Positions 1-15,100 of a stretch of 64,000 bases of DNA are shown one piece after another. The DNA is from Mobula hypostoma. Taxonomy: Eukaryota. The translations under genes were made by a program, and so were the position numbers. The notes beneath the pieces are model-generated. The model saw nothing but the letters and a program-made list of their open reading frames with translations, ran no database searches and was not told the origin of the DNA. Location of the stretch: positions 71,240,001-71,304,000 of the forward strand of contig NC_086108.1 in the NCBI RefSeq assembly GCF_963921235.1, given 5' to 3'. Each line of letters starts with the position of its first letter. Position 1 is the first letter of the stretch.

Positions 1-1860
1 CTAGCAACTCGGCAGGTTGTCTAGGTTGGTGTGTTCTTTCCAGATGAATATCCTTGGAAGACATGGCATGTGTTTAAGGCCCAAACCTGCTGAACTGCAC
101 ACTACTTTGCTTCTAATGGGAAACATCGCCTTTTTCTACATGCAGTAAACAGTGGGAGGAAATCCTACCCACTGGAAATGCATCTCACTTAATACAGATC
201 ACAGGATTCTGTCCACAAGCAAAGACTGCCCTGGTGATTCACTGGGATCAAATATCTGCTTCCATGTGGGACAATGGAGTAGACACTTGCTTGGTCAGCT
301 TGACCAGAGGACCTTTGACAGAATATTGTCCAAGAAAGTAATGGATATGCTTTCCAAAATGGGCTTGGTAGGAAATTCATAATTGAATATGACAGCTCTA
401 TGCAGACATCAGGAGCACAGTTCTACCTAATAAATGGGAAATAAAGCTTCCCAAATCAAATGTCCCATTGGTTGTCTAGACTCTCAGGTAGGATATTGAA
501 TATAAAAGGGGTGATGAACCCAGGTAGTTAAACCCCATTGCCGTCTTTCTGTCAGGTTCACAATTGGTCTGCAACTGCTGAGCAACTATGGCCATTGCAT
601 ACTGGTCACTGGCTCCAAAGAGTTAATTGCAGCAAAAGCAAGGCTATGCTCTATGCCATCTGGTCTAATTGGTATTTCACCTCTTTCTGCTGTTCTGTCC
701 AATTATTTAAAGTGCCAAGGAACATGATTAAGGTTGGAGTGTTTGGCCAGGATGAAGCAGGAAATGGCACTGTGGGAACGGTACTCCCTCCCAGTTGGGA
801 AAAGGAACTGGTCATGTTTTTATTGTGTTCTTTATGCTTATTGTGTTTTCCACTGCTGCACGCATCCACAATAACAATCATTTCATTCTCTTTTATAATC
901 AGGTACGGAAAGATGACAATAAACAATCTTGAATGTTGGGATGCAAGATGCTCGCACTGTTTCTAAATATTGAGTAGCTGTACTTCATTCCTGGCTCCCA
1001 CGCTGCAGCAGTAATCAGTCTTTTTCTTTGGAGAAAGAAGATAGATTTTGTTTATGGAGATCCAATGAAATTCCTGCAAATGACTGAGAAATCCACTCAA
1101 CATGGTCTTCAACCTTTGCATGTGGCTGTGTCAAACTATGAAAAGATCATTGGTAATCCAAGTCCAATTATCACTGGATGCTTTAGTACTATTACTGTTC
1201 TTAAGGATGGGACTGGAACATTCCACTCAGTTGGACCATATTACACTTCCTTCCCCTTATTGAAAGGCCAATATAAAAGTGTTTTTTTTTTAAATATACT
1301 GAATGTTTTCATGATCCTGCAAGATGATGGTCAAAACTGACTGGAAATAAACAGCAGGACCTTGTTTGATTGGTGGTAGTAGGACTCCGCTTGTCAGATT
1401 ATTCATGCACTGTGAGAGTAGTTTTGCCATATGGTACACTCAGGTCAACTTTGCTTGTGGGAGATTGAGACTTGTATCCAAACTGGAAATGTTCACGTTC
1501 CAGGATCCGGAAGGAAATGCAGTGGCTTTTGTCAAGGTTCATCCCAAAAAAGCTATGGAACATAGGGATTTGCTCCATCAGACCCACTCTGCTTCCAGTA
1601 CCAAGGAGTTGATAACTGTTACAGATTGACACATTTCAAAGTCCAGAACTGCATGCTAATTTACACACAAAGTCTGTGTAGGTAACACAAATGCTCTAAG
1701 GGGAAAGACCAGTTTAAGGCCCCTCACCACTGCACACAGGGGTCTGAATAAGTATAACAGCACATGTAAAGAAGTGTAATGTAAATAGCATAAGTGGAAT
1801 GTCTTCTAGAGTATGGGGCTATACTGTATTATATTTGCAAATTCAGAAAAATTATTTTTG
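1..1860 (+). mobile_element. Decayed Tx1/L1-clade non-LTR retrotransposon (ORF2 RT to C-terminus), interrupted by other repeat fragments
   Basis: Frameshifted remnants read THWKCISLNTDHRILS (cf. NWRPISLLNTDYKILS), GVDTCLVS/LDQRTFDRI..VMDMLSKMG (cf. SLDQEKAFDRI..LSKMGF), and KEMQWLLSRFIP near 1510-1545. Confidence 0.65.
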
Positions 1861-2906
1861 GGGAAACATCTTTGCTTAGAGATCCAGATTCAAACAAACT
1901 TTGGTACTTTCACAACTCTCAAATTCACCACACTTGACAAAAAGACATGATCTTCTAAAATTAACAGTGAATAAGTCATTGGCTAAACCAAATTTCCTTT
2001 CCATTTAGATTAACTGACCTAACACATGACGTTTTCCCCCATGTGATTAACAGTTGGGAGAGTTTTAATGGAGTTAATAATCAGCAAGCTGATTTTGCCA
2101 CAGCATCACAAAAACCCCTCTAAAAAGCATAATTTACATGCACTCCTGTTTAAGAGTATTACCTTCTGTGGCAGGAGAAATGTTTCAATATTATTTTTTC
2201 CTGCATGGCAAATTCTTACCTTTCTAATAGCACTTCCAGAACTTTTAGTAATTAGCATAAAGACTTAGCCTTCTGTCAGGACCTTCATTAGCAAAAGGGT
2301 TTCTTCCAAACAGTCTTGAGGAGAATAGAAATTAAAGCCACTAATATCCTATGACTTGAACAGTCACCCCAAGATGACACCATCATGGATACTGTTCTTG
2401 TTCAACCAAATTGATGCACAAATTGTGGAAATGTGGCATCAATTGCAATAGAGTAAAACCAATACTATTGCAATATTTTCTAGTTACCTTACAGTCAACC
2501 AGAATAGTATTTGATTTTATACAAAAGTGTTGACAGTGAGATTTAAATTTGCCAAATGTAAATTGTCGTAGTAACAGTGTTTCACGATTCAAGCATAAAT
2601 CATTAAATACATCTAATAAGGTTGAAATGCGTTGTTGTGCAAGACAAATTGAATTGATTTAATTTTCTATTGTTCAAATGCTCCATGGCTATAGATATAC
2701 AGGATCAAACATTAGTAAATCATTAATCTTTCATTTATTAAATTTTGGAAATTAATCAAATTAATCTAGCAATAAGTAACTAAATGGTGCAATTTACCTT
2801 TAAGCTAAAAGTCATCTCATCACAATTTACAGTTATTATAAACGTATTTTGGTTTGTAGTTAATAATGATTTTTAGGACCTTGATTCTAACCAAATCCAA
2901 AGTCTT

Positions 2907-2929
2907 TTTATTCAAAAGTAGAATTTATT
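2907..2929 (-). promoter_or_regulatory. EBNA1BP2: Two candidate AATAAA polyadenylation signals of EBNA1BP2
   Basis: TTTATT on the plus strand at 2907-2912 and 2924-2929, about 120-140 nt downstream of the stop codon. Confidence 0.55.
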
Positions 2930-3047
2930 TCTGTTGGTGTCAATGTCCTTAGGTAAGCATCAATGTACATATACAAATGAAAAAAGCCAAGTTCATTAAA
3001 TCCCACACTGCGGGAAAACTAGACATGAAAATATATCCATCTTCAGT

Positions 3048-3101
3048 TTACTTTCGTGACCTGTTTTTCATCTTCTGTCGATTCCTTTTGCCAGGCCGCT
3101 T
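3048..3101 (-). CDS. EBNA1BP2: EBNA1BP2 exon 9 (KRPGKRNRQKMKNRSRK*)
   Basis: cacag acceptor, conserved KRPGK C-terminal motif, TAA stop at 3048-3050. Confidence 0.94.
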   Translation of the reverse strand, partial: KRPGKRNRQKMKNRSRK

Positions 3102-6100
3102 CTGTGAACAAATAGCAGAAATTAGCATTTTAAATCATTAAGTTTTGAACATTCTTCTCTTTCTCCCAAAAGAGCAAAAAATACAAGGACATAAATTAAA
3201 CAAAAGCACTGAAGATGATGAAGATCTTACAAATACACCTTTGTAGACTATTTTTCTGTTCCTCCATTGGAGGGCAAACATTTGGGATTCAGATTGTTCC
3301 CATGGTGCGAATAATCAAGCATAAAGTACAGCCTCTTCCTCCTCCAACATCCAGGTCAGAGTTTGTTGCCATCTGCACAAGTGCAGTGAGATACAAGAAC
3401 AATGAAAAACCTACCTACAGCTGCAGAGTCACAGGCATGTAGATTCTGGCAGCAACACAATGACACATAAATTGTATAAGAAAATTGTGAAGAAAATTAG
3501 TGCAAAAAAACAAGGAAGGAGTCCATGGTAGTGCCACAGTTGGTCTTCCCCAAACATTTTTCTTTAAAATTCAACAGGAAAAATGGTAATACTTCAAAAA
3601 ATCACTGCAGCATTGCAACCAGTTGTTAAATTGCTCTCATTGCAAAATCAACCAGCCTTCCCTTTGTAGTGTATTACAGATTCCAATCAACTGCTGCATA
3701 AAAAAATTCCCTCTGCCATTTACCTTTTGTTTACTTCATTTCTTTTGTCACATTTACCAAACTATCTCTCTCTGATCCACTTTCTTAATTTGCTGATCCA
3801 AATTAAATAACCCTAGCTTCTCCACCTTGTCCGTATCAGTACAGTCCCATCATCCTCGAATCATTCTAGTGAATCCCTTCTGTATGCTCTCTCAGCCCTT
3901 CATGTCTTTCTTAAAAGTGTGATGCCTAGAACTGGACAATACCCTAGCTGTGGCTGAATCAGTATTAACAATCATTAATAGTCCTGAAAAGGGTTTTGGT
4001 ACATAGCGTCAACTGTTTATTTCCTTCTTTCTTTGGCGTGTACCTGCGTGCGTGTGAGTCTATGCGTGTCCGTGCGTGCATCCGCGATGATGTCTTTTTC
4101 ATGGCGCAGAGCGAGAGACAGACTGTGTGGAGCGCCACTCCTCACAAACACTTTCGCAGTATTTTCCCTTTTATTTTTACGAGGTCGAGTTGCAATCTCA
4201 ACACTCAACCCGGCACGGATGGAAAGTGTACTCAGGAGCGGACCCGACTAGTTTCGAACCCGGAAACCTCCGCTCCCAGGTCCGGCGCCAATGTCGTTGC
4301 GCCACCAGCCGGCCCAAACTGTATATTTCCAAGGTTGTTGCCTGACCTGCTGAGTTCTCTAGCATTTTGTGTATGTTAATCTGGATTTCCAGTATCTGCA
4401 GAATTTGTGTTTATTAACAATTCATTGCTGCTTTCTACCTATTATTCTTTCTTTCTTTAGAGATACAGCACAGAATAGGCCCTTCCAGTCCACTTGGGCT
4501 GTGCTGCTACCAACTCCAGGTTTTGACCCTAGTTTAGCCACAGGACAATTTACAACAACCAATTAATCTACTAATTGACATGTCTTTGGACTGTGGGAGA
4601 AAACTGGAGCACCCAGAGAGAACGCACGCTTTCCACGGGGAGGAAGTACAAACTCCTTGAAAGATGTCGGGATTGAACTTCAAACTTCAACACCTTTATG
4701 CCTATAAAATCCAGGATCTTCTATTCTTTTTCAACCTGCTCTACAACTTTAATGACTTATATACGTGTACTCCCAGATCTCTTCTTTTTTTTTTAAGAAT
4801 CAGGCCCTACAATTTATATTCTGTGAATTCTTTCTTCTTGCAGACATTCAATACTTTTCTGTGTGACACACCTGCCAATTCCAAGAGCTTGCCTATATTT
4901 TTCCCTAAAGGGTTGAGCATAATCCTTCTCAAAAGTACAGCATGCTTCCAAATGTTATGCTATCTGCAAATTTGGAAATTGCATACTGCACACCTAAGTC
5001 TACAGTCATGAACGTGCATTGTGAATGGCAAAATGGCAGATAGTAGAGCCACTGCCTTACAGCTCCAACATCCTGGGCTTTATCGGGTGCCGCCTTAGCG
5101 GAGTTTGACCATTCTCTAATTGACTGCTGAGGTCTCCTTCGGGTGTTTCTGTTTTTTTTAAAAGTTGGTAGGTTTACTGGCCACTATAATTTGCCAACTG
5201 CATCCAAGCACGTATGTGCGTGTGGGGGTGAGAAAATGGGGAAGATGTTGATCAGTATGTGGACAATAAGATTGGGATTAATGTAGGTATGGAGTCAAAA
5301 GTCCCACAGGGCCTGGTTCTGTGCTGTACGACTCTATGAAATTGGTTGTTCTCACTACTTAACCAACTTTCCATCCATACTGCTCTACAGATTTAATTCC
5401 ATGGGGTTCAGTCTCAGTGACAAGCCTATAATGTGTCGCTCTTTCACCTTCGAAGAGCCCACAATATCAACTGCATTCCGAACCAACCTCATTACTTTAA
5501 AACTTTTAACAAATTAATTAAATAACCTTTCATGCTTTCATCCATCAAAATTTGTCCAGGAGGCTGCTAATTCTGAACTCAATTATTACTTCTGAAACGT
5601 TTCCCCATTCAAAAGCAGTAATTCAGCAGAGGTTAAACTGCTGAAGCTGGGTCTATTCTATTAAACCTCATTCACAAAACAAAAATTGCATTTTCGATCC
5701 CCAGGGAGCTCCACTTACATTGACACACCTTTGGAAGTTTATGGCAATGCTTCTGCAATTGTCATTCTTAATTCACTCAGCAACTCCAGGTGAATCTCCA
5801 GGACTCACTTAGTCAATAAGCACAGCAAGCCTTCTAATAAGTCCATTGATTTTTAAAAATTTGGTATTTCAACATATCCCTTTGCAGATACTCTTGCAAC
5901 ATTGTCTTCCTTGGAAAAACAAATGTAAATTATTTAGTACCTTAGCTATGGCCCATCCTTACAAGAGTAGATTTTCTATGGTCTGATTTCAAGCAGTATC
6001 CTCTTACAACCCATTTAGCCATCCTCATATTCCACCATTGTCACTAAATTCCTTTCTCACATCTGCAAATCCTGTCTAAATTTACTCTTCTATATTCTTC

Positions 6101-9100
6101 CAATTAGCCTGAAGCAAAATTAATTTAAGCACAATGGCAGAGGAAAGTAGACTTTCAAGGAGAATATTCATGAGTTTCTGGGCATTTTGAGACTAAAATG
6201 GTGCTGTTTCATAAATGGTCAACTCATCCTTAAAGAATTGCATGAATAAAGAAAAACTCACATTAGCATGTTTCTTTCCTCCTTTTCCAAAGCGATCATT
6301 TTTTGAATGTGCAATTTTTGCTTTGAAGCTGGAGACATCATCGTAGCTTTCTTTGGTGTTCCTCTTTAGGCCCTTTTTCCTTCCTCCAAAACCAAACTTT
6401 TCATTTTTATATTTCCTTTTTGCATTTATTCTGGATTGGAAAAAAACACAATTGGTCCTCAACAAATGTTTTTCTAAGTCCTAAAATCTTAGTCAATAAA
6501 AATCTACTTACGTTATCTTACTCTGATAAATTCAGAACTAATTTACAGAGATGTATGAAGTATTATCATAATACTCAGGTAAATACAAGTCACCAGAGTT
6601 TAGGTTTCTTTTGGTAAGATTCAATCACTATTTATGTCTAAAAATTGAGACAAAATGGTCCTAGCACCATGATGCCAAAACAATCTTAAATTGGAGACCA
6701 ATTGTTGCACCACACCTCATATACAATGTGCCATACCAAGCACTATACACAGAGGAAAGCAACTCAAATCAAATAGACTTTTATGACTGGTCTCTGACGG
6801 TGACACTTTTCTCCTGCCTGTTTAACTTGTAGTGAAATAGCATTTTCCATGTACTTTCAGTTTTAAAAATGGCATTAAACTGTTTTGCAAGCTGCTCTGT
6901 ATGGTCCACAGGAATGAATCCGAGCTTCCAGTTATCTGCTATTTTAATCATCTAGCTCACACCTTTAATAATTGATGTTCATAGCCTTCTATTTTGTTCT
7001 AATAAAACCTGATGGGATCTCAGGAAACAGCCTCATTAATACAACCTTGCAGTCTTGACACTGGGCTGAACAATGTTAGATAATAACTTCTGCTTTTATT
7101 TCTTCACACAGCAGCTGTTCAACTATCATTTACACGTATTGAATTTCCATTTTGCTGCTTGCTGTCCTATATTATTTTAGCATAATTTTTTGTTCCTAAT
7201 TAATATTTCTGGTTTTGCACCATTTCTGTTCCAACCCTCACCTCACTTCACTTCCTTTGCCTTGTATTTGAATTATCAACTTTTTACAGTTTTGGACGTT
7301 ATTAACGTTTTCCCTCAGGTGCTGTTCTTGTACCTTCAGCTTTGCCTTTTAGTTTTTGCATTACCATCTGTTAGAAAATCCTTTTTTTTTAAAAAACTGT
7401 TTAACATTAATGGTTACCCACTATCGTTTTTGATTATGTCATTGGTAATTGAGGAATACAACTAGGAACACAAATGTACTTTTCTCATTGATCTAATCTT
7501 ACTTCTTTTTCTGCTGTGCATATCCTCCACCACCTTCTTTCTTTCCTGTTGAAGAAGCCTTATCGCCCTCAAGGAAATCTAGTTTATCAGAAAGTCCTGA
7601 AGATCAAAGAAAATCAGAGAGAGAGAAAAAAACTTTTACTTGTACTTCTGCATTTGCGAATAAACTAGAAAATAAAAACCACCTCAATGTATATCTAGTT
7701 TGTTTTCACTAAAATCCAAGCAATTGAAAAGAGTAAAAGTATTGAAATTGAAAAAAATCTTTGGTTATTCTGTCATGTAAGTGCAAGAAAACAACCCCAA
7801 CCTTTCTGGTACTTTTTCACTGCGGTCATCATGGCTTTCTTTTCCTTTTGGCGCTTCTGTATAACTTCTACTTGAACCTATTGATAAGAGAATAGAATTC
7901 ACTGACAAGTTGCAAATTGCCTTTGTGGCCCCTCATCTGTAACTAAGTATACTTAAATGAATGTTGGGAAGGTCAAGTTCAGGTTACATCCTATTTTCTG
8001 GAAGTGTGCACAAAATACTGCTTCTGGTCACCTATTAAGAATTGTTACTTGAACTGAAAAACATCTAAGGCTGCTGCCTTAATGATGTTGAAAAGAAGCA
8101 TGAGAAATAGGAGCTGGAACAAGAGGAGGAGTAGGCCATTGGCTTGTGCCGCCTGCTCTGTCATTCAGTAAGATCTGGGATATCTGGCTGTAGACTCAGC
8201 TCTACCAACCTGCCTGTCCCCCATCACCATAATTCCCTTACAGTGCCAAAAATCTAATTATGTCTCAAATATTTAATAAAGTAGCCTTTACTGTTTCCCT
8301 GTGCAGAGAATTCCTCAGATTTACTACTCTGCGAAAAACAGTTACTCATCTCTGTCCTAAATCTACTCCCATAAATCTGGAGGCTATGTCCCTTAGTTCT
8401 AGTCTCACCTACCAGTGGAAACAACTTTCTTGCCTCTGTTCCTTTCAAAAACAGTGGATTCTGCTTCAGTGGGACACATCAGGACCAGTACATTTTGCTT
8501 TTTTTTTTATAAAAAAGAGTTACCTAGACAAGTGTCTGCTGTAATTAACCAGAATCCACTGTATTTCTGTAAGATCCCTTCTTATTCTTCTGAATTCCCA
8601 GCAAGACAGTCCCAGGTGACCCTTCATCTCCAGAAACAACCCGACGACCCTCCTCTGCACCACCACCAAAGCCAGTCTATCTTTCTCAGGTAAGGAGACA
8701 GAACCCCGCAGGTTGTACTCCAAGCACGGCCTCACCATGACCTGATAAAGTTGTACCATCACCTCCCTGATCTAGAATTCAATCCCTCTAGCAATGAAGG
8801 CCATCATTCTATTTTCTTACTTGATAATCTGTTGCACCTGAAAAATCAACCTTTTGTGATGCATGCACAAGTATTCCCAAGTCTCTCTGCAAAACCACAC
8901 GCTACAATCTTTCCACATTTAAATAACAATCTGACCTTAAATTTTTACATTCAATGTGGATGACCTAGCATTTACCAACATTGTACTCCATCTGCCAGAC
9001 CCTTGCCCACTTACTTAGCCTATCCATCTCTCTCTCAAGACTCACTGCATCCCCTGAAGTTTACTTTTGCACTCAATTTAATGTCAGGAAAAAACTTAGA

Positions 9101-12100
9101 TACGCTATACCTGATTCTCTCTTCTAAATCGTTAATGTACATCATGAACAGTTATGGGCACAGCAATGAGCTCTGTCGCACTCTGCTCAACACTGGTTGC
9201 CAAGTAGAGAAAGACCTATTTATTCCAAGTCTCTGATGAAGGTACTTGGTCCGAAACATGGACTGTTCATTCCCATGCTGCACAACCTGCTGACCTGCTC
9301 CAGCACATTGTGTATATTGTTCTGGATTTCCAGCATCTGCAGTAACTCTTGTGTCTATTCCAACTCTCTGCCTTGCATTGGATAACCAATCCTGTATTCA
9401 TGCTAATACATTACACTCCATGCACCCTTATCCTATAGATGGGTCTTTTATGCAGTACATTATGGAATGCCTCCTGGAAAGTTTACAACCTCCAACTTCT
9501 CTCCTCTATCCAACGAGCTCATTATATTCTCCAATAGGTTGTTCAAACAGGATCTGCCCTTCCTGAATCCATGCTGTGTCTGCCTGATGGAGCCACTTCT
9601 ATCCAGATGTTTCATTATTTCCTCCTAAACGTTAGCTTCAAGCATCAGAACTACCCATGCCTGGAGAAAAGGGAAAATTGTACACTTAAAAAAAAAATTT
9701 AACAAGGATTTGGCCAGATTTTTTTTCCTTGGGGGTGGGCCTTTATCAAGAGAGACCCAAAATAAATCCTTAATGAACTGAATTCCTTGATGATATACTT
9801 TTGCAGTATTCCATGAAACAATCAGTAAAGAAGTAACTTAAGTTAGAGACGAAAAAAAAATCACTATGCTTTATTCATTTTCAAGTGGCATTACATGAGA
9901 AAGTCAGCCTAACCACTTTAGAACACATAGAAATATCACCAAATACATTTCATGGACTTGGAGGACAATGGTGAAGCAAAGACCAGTGCTTCAAATGGAG
10001 AACTACAATAAATGCTCTGATTCAAGAAATTATTGATAGCCATTTTTAGTTTGGAGAATGTCACATGACAAGATATCATGCAGGCCTGGAACAGCCATTT
10101 TGCCTGCTCACACTGTCATACAGTATGGAAACAGGCCCTTTGGCCCAACCAAGAGAGCCCATAACCTAAACCTTTCGAATTCAAGTACCTGTTCAACTGT
10201 TGTTTAAAATTTGCTTCAGCTGCTTTCTCTGGCAGTTGATTCCATATAGATGCCATCCTTTGTGTAAAAAAAGTTGCCCTTCAAGTTCCTCTGAAATCTT
10301 TCCCCACTCACCTTAAACCTATGCTCTCTAGATCTTGATACCAATCTCTGGGAAAACAACTAACTGCATTGAATAAACCAACAACTAAATGCTATACCAT
10401 TGGCACAAGGGTATAACACCTGACAAAATATCTCCAATTTAAGAAATGGATAGCTAAATGAAATTCACTTGGCTCTTCCCAAAGTAATTATAGATTCAAA
10501 GGAGTCATTTCATTGAGGTGGCCTTCTAATCTGACACTTCTCTGACAAAGAAACAATTTATTTTTTCCCTGCAGGTTAAACAGGAAAGTGCAACAACCAT
10601 CCTAAGTTCATTATTCGGTTGAAACTTAAATGCCATTGGTACCACTTTTACATTCGTAGTTGATCTGTACCTTTATTCTCCAGCCACACAGCTCAATATT
10701 CACTTATTGTAACAAAATATAACATACTGGGATTCAAAAAAAAAGATGAGTTAACATTTATCTAAACATGTAGGCGAGAGCTCTACATTTTACCACCATA
10801 TTTGAAGACCTCCCTTCTAATTCTATTGATTGGCCTAGCAATCATTTTAGGGTTATTTCCTTCAATCTTACACTTTCACAACAGTAGAAAAATTCTTTCA
10901 GTGCTTTTCAAAATCCTAACAGATATCCCCACATAGCCCCCATAATTAAGCTTAAATAAAGAAATCAACAATGACTTTTCTTGCCCTACAATTTCACTGG
11001 CTTAAAAAAAACACTACAACATTAAAATTATATATCATTACTTCTGAAAATATGTTGTAAGGACTGCTGAATTTTATCACTGGACAGAACCTGTCTATTT
11101 AAGAAAAAGGCCCTAACCATATTTGCATTATTTTTAATGAAAGATAAATCAACCACAACGTTGAACCTCGGATGTTCATGCACAAAAAATAAATACCTTT
11201 TTTCCATATTTTCGTAATGCTCTGAGCTGCTTAGCCTTTTCAGACTTTTCCATTGCCATCTGCTTTGATAACATTTTTTCTCGAATCTAAAAAAAGAGGA
11301 AAATTTTAAGATTTAGACCAATGGGCTCACAGTGGAGTAGCTGAAATTTGACCTAGTGACATGCAGACGAACATTCTGCAAGCAACCAGCTAAATAAGCA
11401 TTTTTTTTTGGTATTGTTGGTGAATAGATAACTACAATTGCTGAAAAACAGCACCTCTGGTAATGAACTAACTGTTAATGCAGTACTAAATTATGTACTT
11501 AGGAAATGGAATGACTCCTGAAACATGTTTGTATGCTGCAAGCAGTGAGACAATCAGACGTAACATAAATACCTGGATGTATTTAATTGGTGTAATTCTG
11601 AGGCTACAAGTCAACCAATATCTCCTCACATGGCACTCTTGCTAACCTAAGGAATCAGTCTGAAAGTTTTAAGGTACATTATACATAATATATGGCATAC
11701 CTTTTTTTTGAATAAGGAGGCCAAACTGTACAAAGGCATATTATTATAGCAAGTTGTCCTTGCTTGTTCACCCAAAACCTCTTTCAGTGAAGGGCAACAT
11801 ACCACTCACCTTATCACCCACTTACAGTATATACATGCTTGTATGGGATTTGTGATTGATTGACAAACATCTGTGTATCAACATTTCCCAATTAATTACC
11901 TAACTTTCTTTTTGCTACCCAAGTACAAAATTTATATTTACCCTGCATCTGGTATTTATCCACTCATTCAACTGGTCTATATTGTCTCGAGGTCTCAGCA
12001 TCCTCATCACAACCAATCAGGGTTTATGCAAGCTTCAATTGTTTAAGAACGACAAAAAGCACACCCTAAGCAAGTTTGTCACCGTTAGCTATGCATTTTT

Positions 12101-15100
12101 GTTAAAAGGCTGGAACCATAGATAACATATAAAATTGTAGAAAATATTGCTTAATTATTAACACTGTGTTTATTATGAAATTGTAAAATAGCGTCCTATA
12201 CAAAATCCATTTAACCTTCAATTATCTGTTAATACAAAATGTTTCCAATAAGCAAAGATCTATTAGCCTAAGATCATTAGCACTTGCCTTCTGCATTTGT
12301 TGGTCTGACTTGGCCATCTCAGCAAAATAGTCACTTGGTCTTTTTGTTGCAATTTTCAGTCGCTGTAATCGAGGCAATGCACTCAATGCAGTTGCTTGTG
12401 CCTGTCGATAACTAAACAGGTGAAATTACAAAAAAGTATAAAGGACTCTGCCACTTTGCTGTGGGGTAACTGTACTGAAAAGGCATGTTTGTTTTGTAAA
12501 GCAAAAAAAGAAAAAAAAAAATCACCAAACTAGAAATTTAAATTGAAAGCTAAAAATGCTGGACACACGCAGCAGGGCAGGCAGCAACTGTGAAAGGAAA
12601 TGGTGTTAACCCTTTCAAGTCTATGACCTTCACCAAAGCTGTTGAAGAGTTACTGACTCGAAATGTTAACTATTTCTATCTTCAAAGATGCTAATGGTTT
12701 TATCAAGATTGGTACAAATGAATCAAGTCTAAAGTTATAAACTATAAGAAATAAATCAACAGTTCATGATAAATTATATCTTATCAAAATTAATTTGGAA
12801 GGAAGAAGCATAAGAGATCAAAAAAAATTTCCATTCATACCAATTTGACAGCAATCACACATTTAATTTGAAGTTGAAGTCCTTTTCATTCTAATGTGAT
12901 ATTTTAACAATGTCAACTTTAACTTAATGTCATCTCACAACTTTCATCAGTTTTTTTAATAAGCAACATTCCTAAAATTGATGAAATATTTTCATTCAAC
13001 AATCTATAATCTATTTTGGTTATCTCTACTATATTGCAATGCAGTAATAATTAAAAACAAATCAGGATTCAGGGGCAATCATAACAAAATTCTGAATGAA
13101 GTAAGTCACCCTAATAGAACAATTATCTAAACTTATAAATTTCAGAGAACTACCTAGATGATGCCAAACTGAATGGTGCTCCAAGACCAAGGAGCTGATC
13201 ATTGACGTCAGGAAGAGAAAACTGAGGTCCATGACTCAGTTCTCACCGGGGGATCAGAAGTGGAGAGGGTGAGCAACTTTACATTCGTTGGTGCTATCAT
13301 CTCAAAGGACTTGTCCTGGTCCCAGCATGCAAGTGTAATTACGAAGAAAGCATGGCAGTACCTCTACTTCCGTAAGAGTTTGCGAAGATTCCGCACAACA
13401 TCTAAAAATGCATCACAGCCTGGTGTGGAAACACCAATGCCCTTGAACTGAAAATCCTACAAAAAGTAGTGGATATGGCCGAGTCAATCACACCATTAAG
13501 CACATCTACACTGAACGCTGTCGCAGGACAGCAGCATCCATTATCAAGGACACCACCAGCCAGGCCATGACCTCTTCTCGCTGCTATCAGGAAGGTGGTA
13601 CATGAGTTTTAGGACTCACACCACCAGGTTCAGGAATAACTATTACCCCTCAACCATCAGTCTCTTGAACCAGAGGGGATAACTTCACTTGCCCCATTAT
13701 CGAACTGTTCCCACAACCTATGGACTCACTTTCAATGATTCTTCATTTCATGTTCTTGATATTCATTACTTACTAATCACTATTATTTTTCTTTTCTTTT
13801 GTATTTGCAGTTTGTTGTCTTTTGCACACTGGCTGTCTGTCCTATTGGGCATGGTCTTTCATTGATTCTATTATGGTTATTGGATTTATTGGGTATGTTC
13901 ACGAGAAAACAAATATCAGAGTTGTATAAGGTGACATATATGTACCCTAATAATAAAAAATTTACTTGGAACTTAAATAAAAGATACGAGTCCATGTAAA
14001 AAAAATCTCAAATATTCATAAATGCATTGTTCTTAATGAAGACTGTAGGAACATCAAGGAAGCAATACAATATGCTACCACTCCAGATGCTTTAGGAAGT
14101 GATAACATAATGCAATGGCTCCCCTGACATTACTGCAGCCACCATTGGGAGCAATGCATACACATTCTAAATATTCAACAAAACTTCAAGAAATATTTAG
14201 TAAACAAAGCAACAAAATTTGCATGCTGCACATCTATCTCTGATGAGGTATTCTGGAGGAACGATCAATTAAGAATTGTATAACAAAGTATGAACAACAT
14301 GTTTCAATGAAGAGGAATTCAGTAACTGCAGCCACACTTAAAAGTGATTAAACAGAGCTTAAGTGTGAAACATTATACCTACAAGAACACTTCACGCTGA
14401 AAGTCATCTTCTGGGTCAATATTTGAGTTTTCCTGCCCCACAGCTTTCCCTTCAGCCTTTGCTATGATGTCAGTAGCTGGGCCATTTGTCATGTCCAGTC
14501 TCTCCACCCACTTCAGGTCTTTCTTGAAGTCTTCTAAGCATTGTTTCAAGCCCACCTGAAGATTCACAAATATGTGCATTTGTATATGTGCAATGACCAT
14601 CAGAATAACTATGGGATCATAATAAGCACTTGCAGAAGCAAAGTAAACATCCTTTGGTCTGCATCAGTCAAAGCTGATGTGCATTTCAGCTCATTCAACT
14701 TTATTAAAAATACATCTAATTTACTGTGACTCTGTTAAATTCCAAAGAGATCAGCTTCTGGACAGAGCAAATTACTTCTTTCTGTGGATTTACCATCACA
14801 AAGGTGGAAATGAATGTCTCAGAATTTGGCAATTCACTGTTACCAAACTCTTGAATGGACCTCACATATTCCAAAGACTCGATCTACAAATCTACCTTTT
14901 GGTGGCCCTTGCACTTGATTTGCTTATCTGAACTACACTCTGTGGCTACAACACCATATTCTGCAATCTTTTTACTACCCTGATGTAGTTATGTATGGCA
15001 TTATCAGACTGGATGCATGCAAACCAAAGCTCTTCCCTTTATCTTGGTATTTCAGACAATAATAAACCAATATCCTGATGACCACCTCCAGCCCAACCAT

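Noticed and set aside
1..3000. Exons of FAM183A/CFAP144, the tail-to-tail neighbour in human
   Set aside because: No matching peptide found; the region is mostly a decayed Tx1-like LINE and AT-rich sequence
4235..4316. tRNA gene (also at ~39510-39562 and ~59925-60000)
   Set aside because: These are SINE heads: no clean cloverleaf, followed by SINE body and tail and flanked by TSDs
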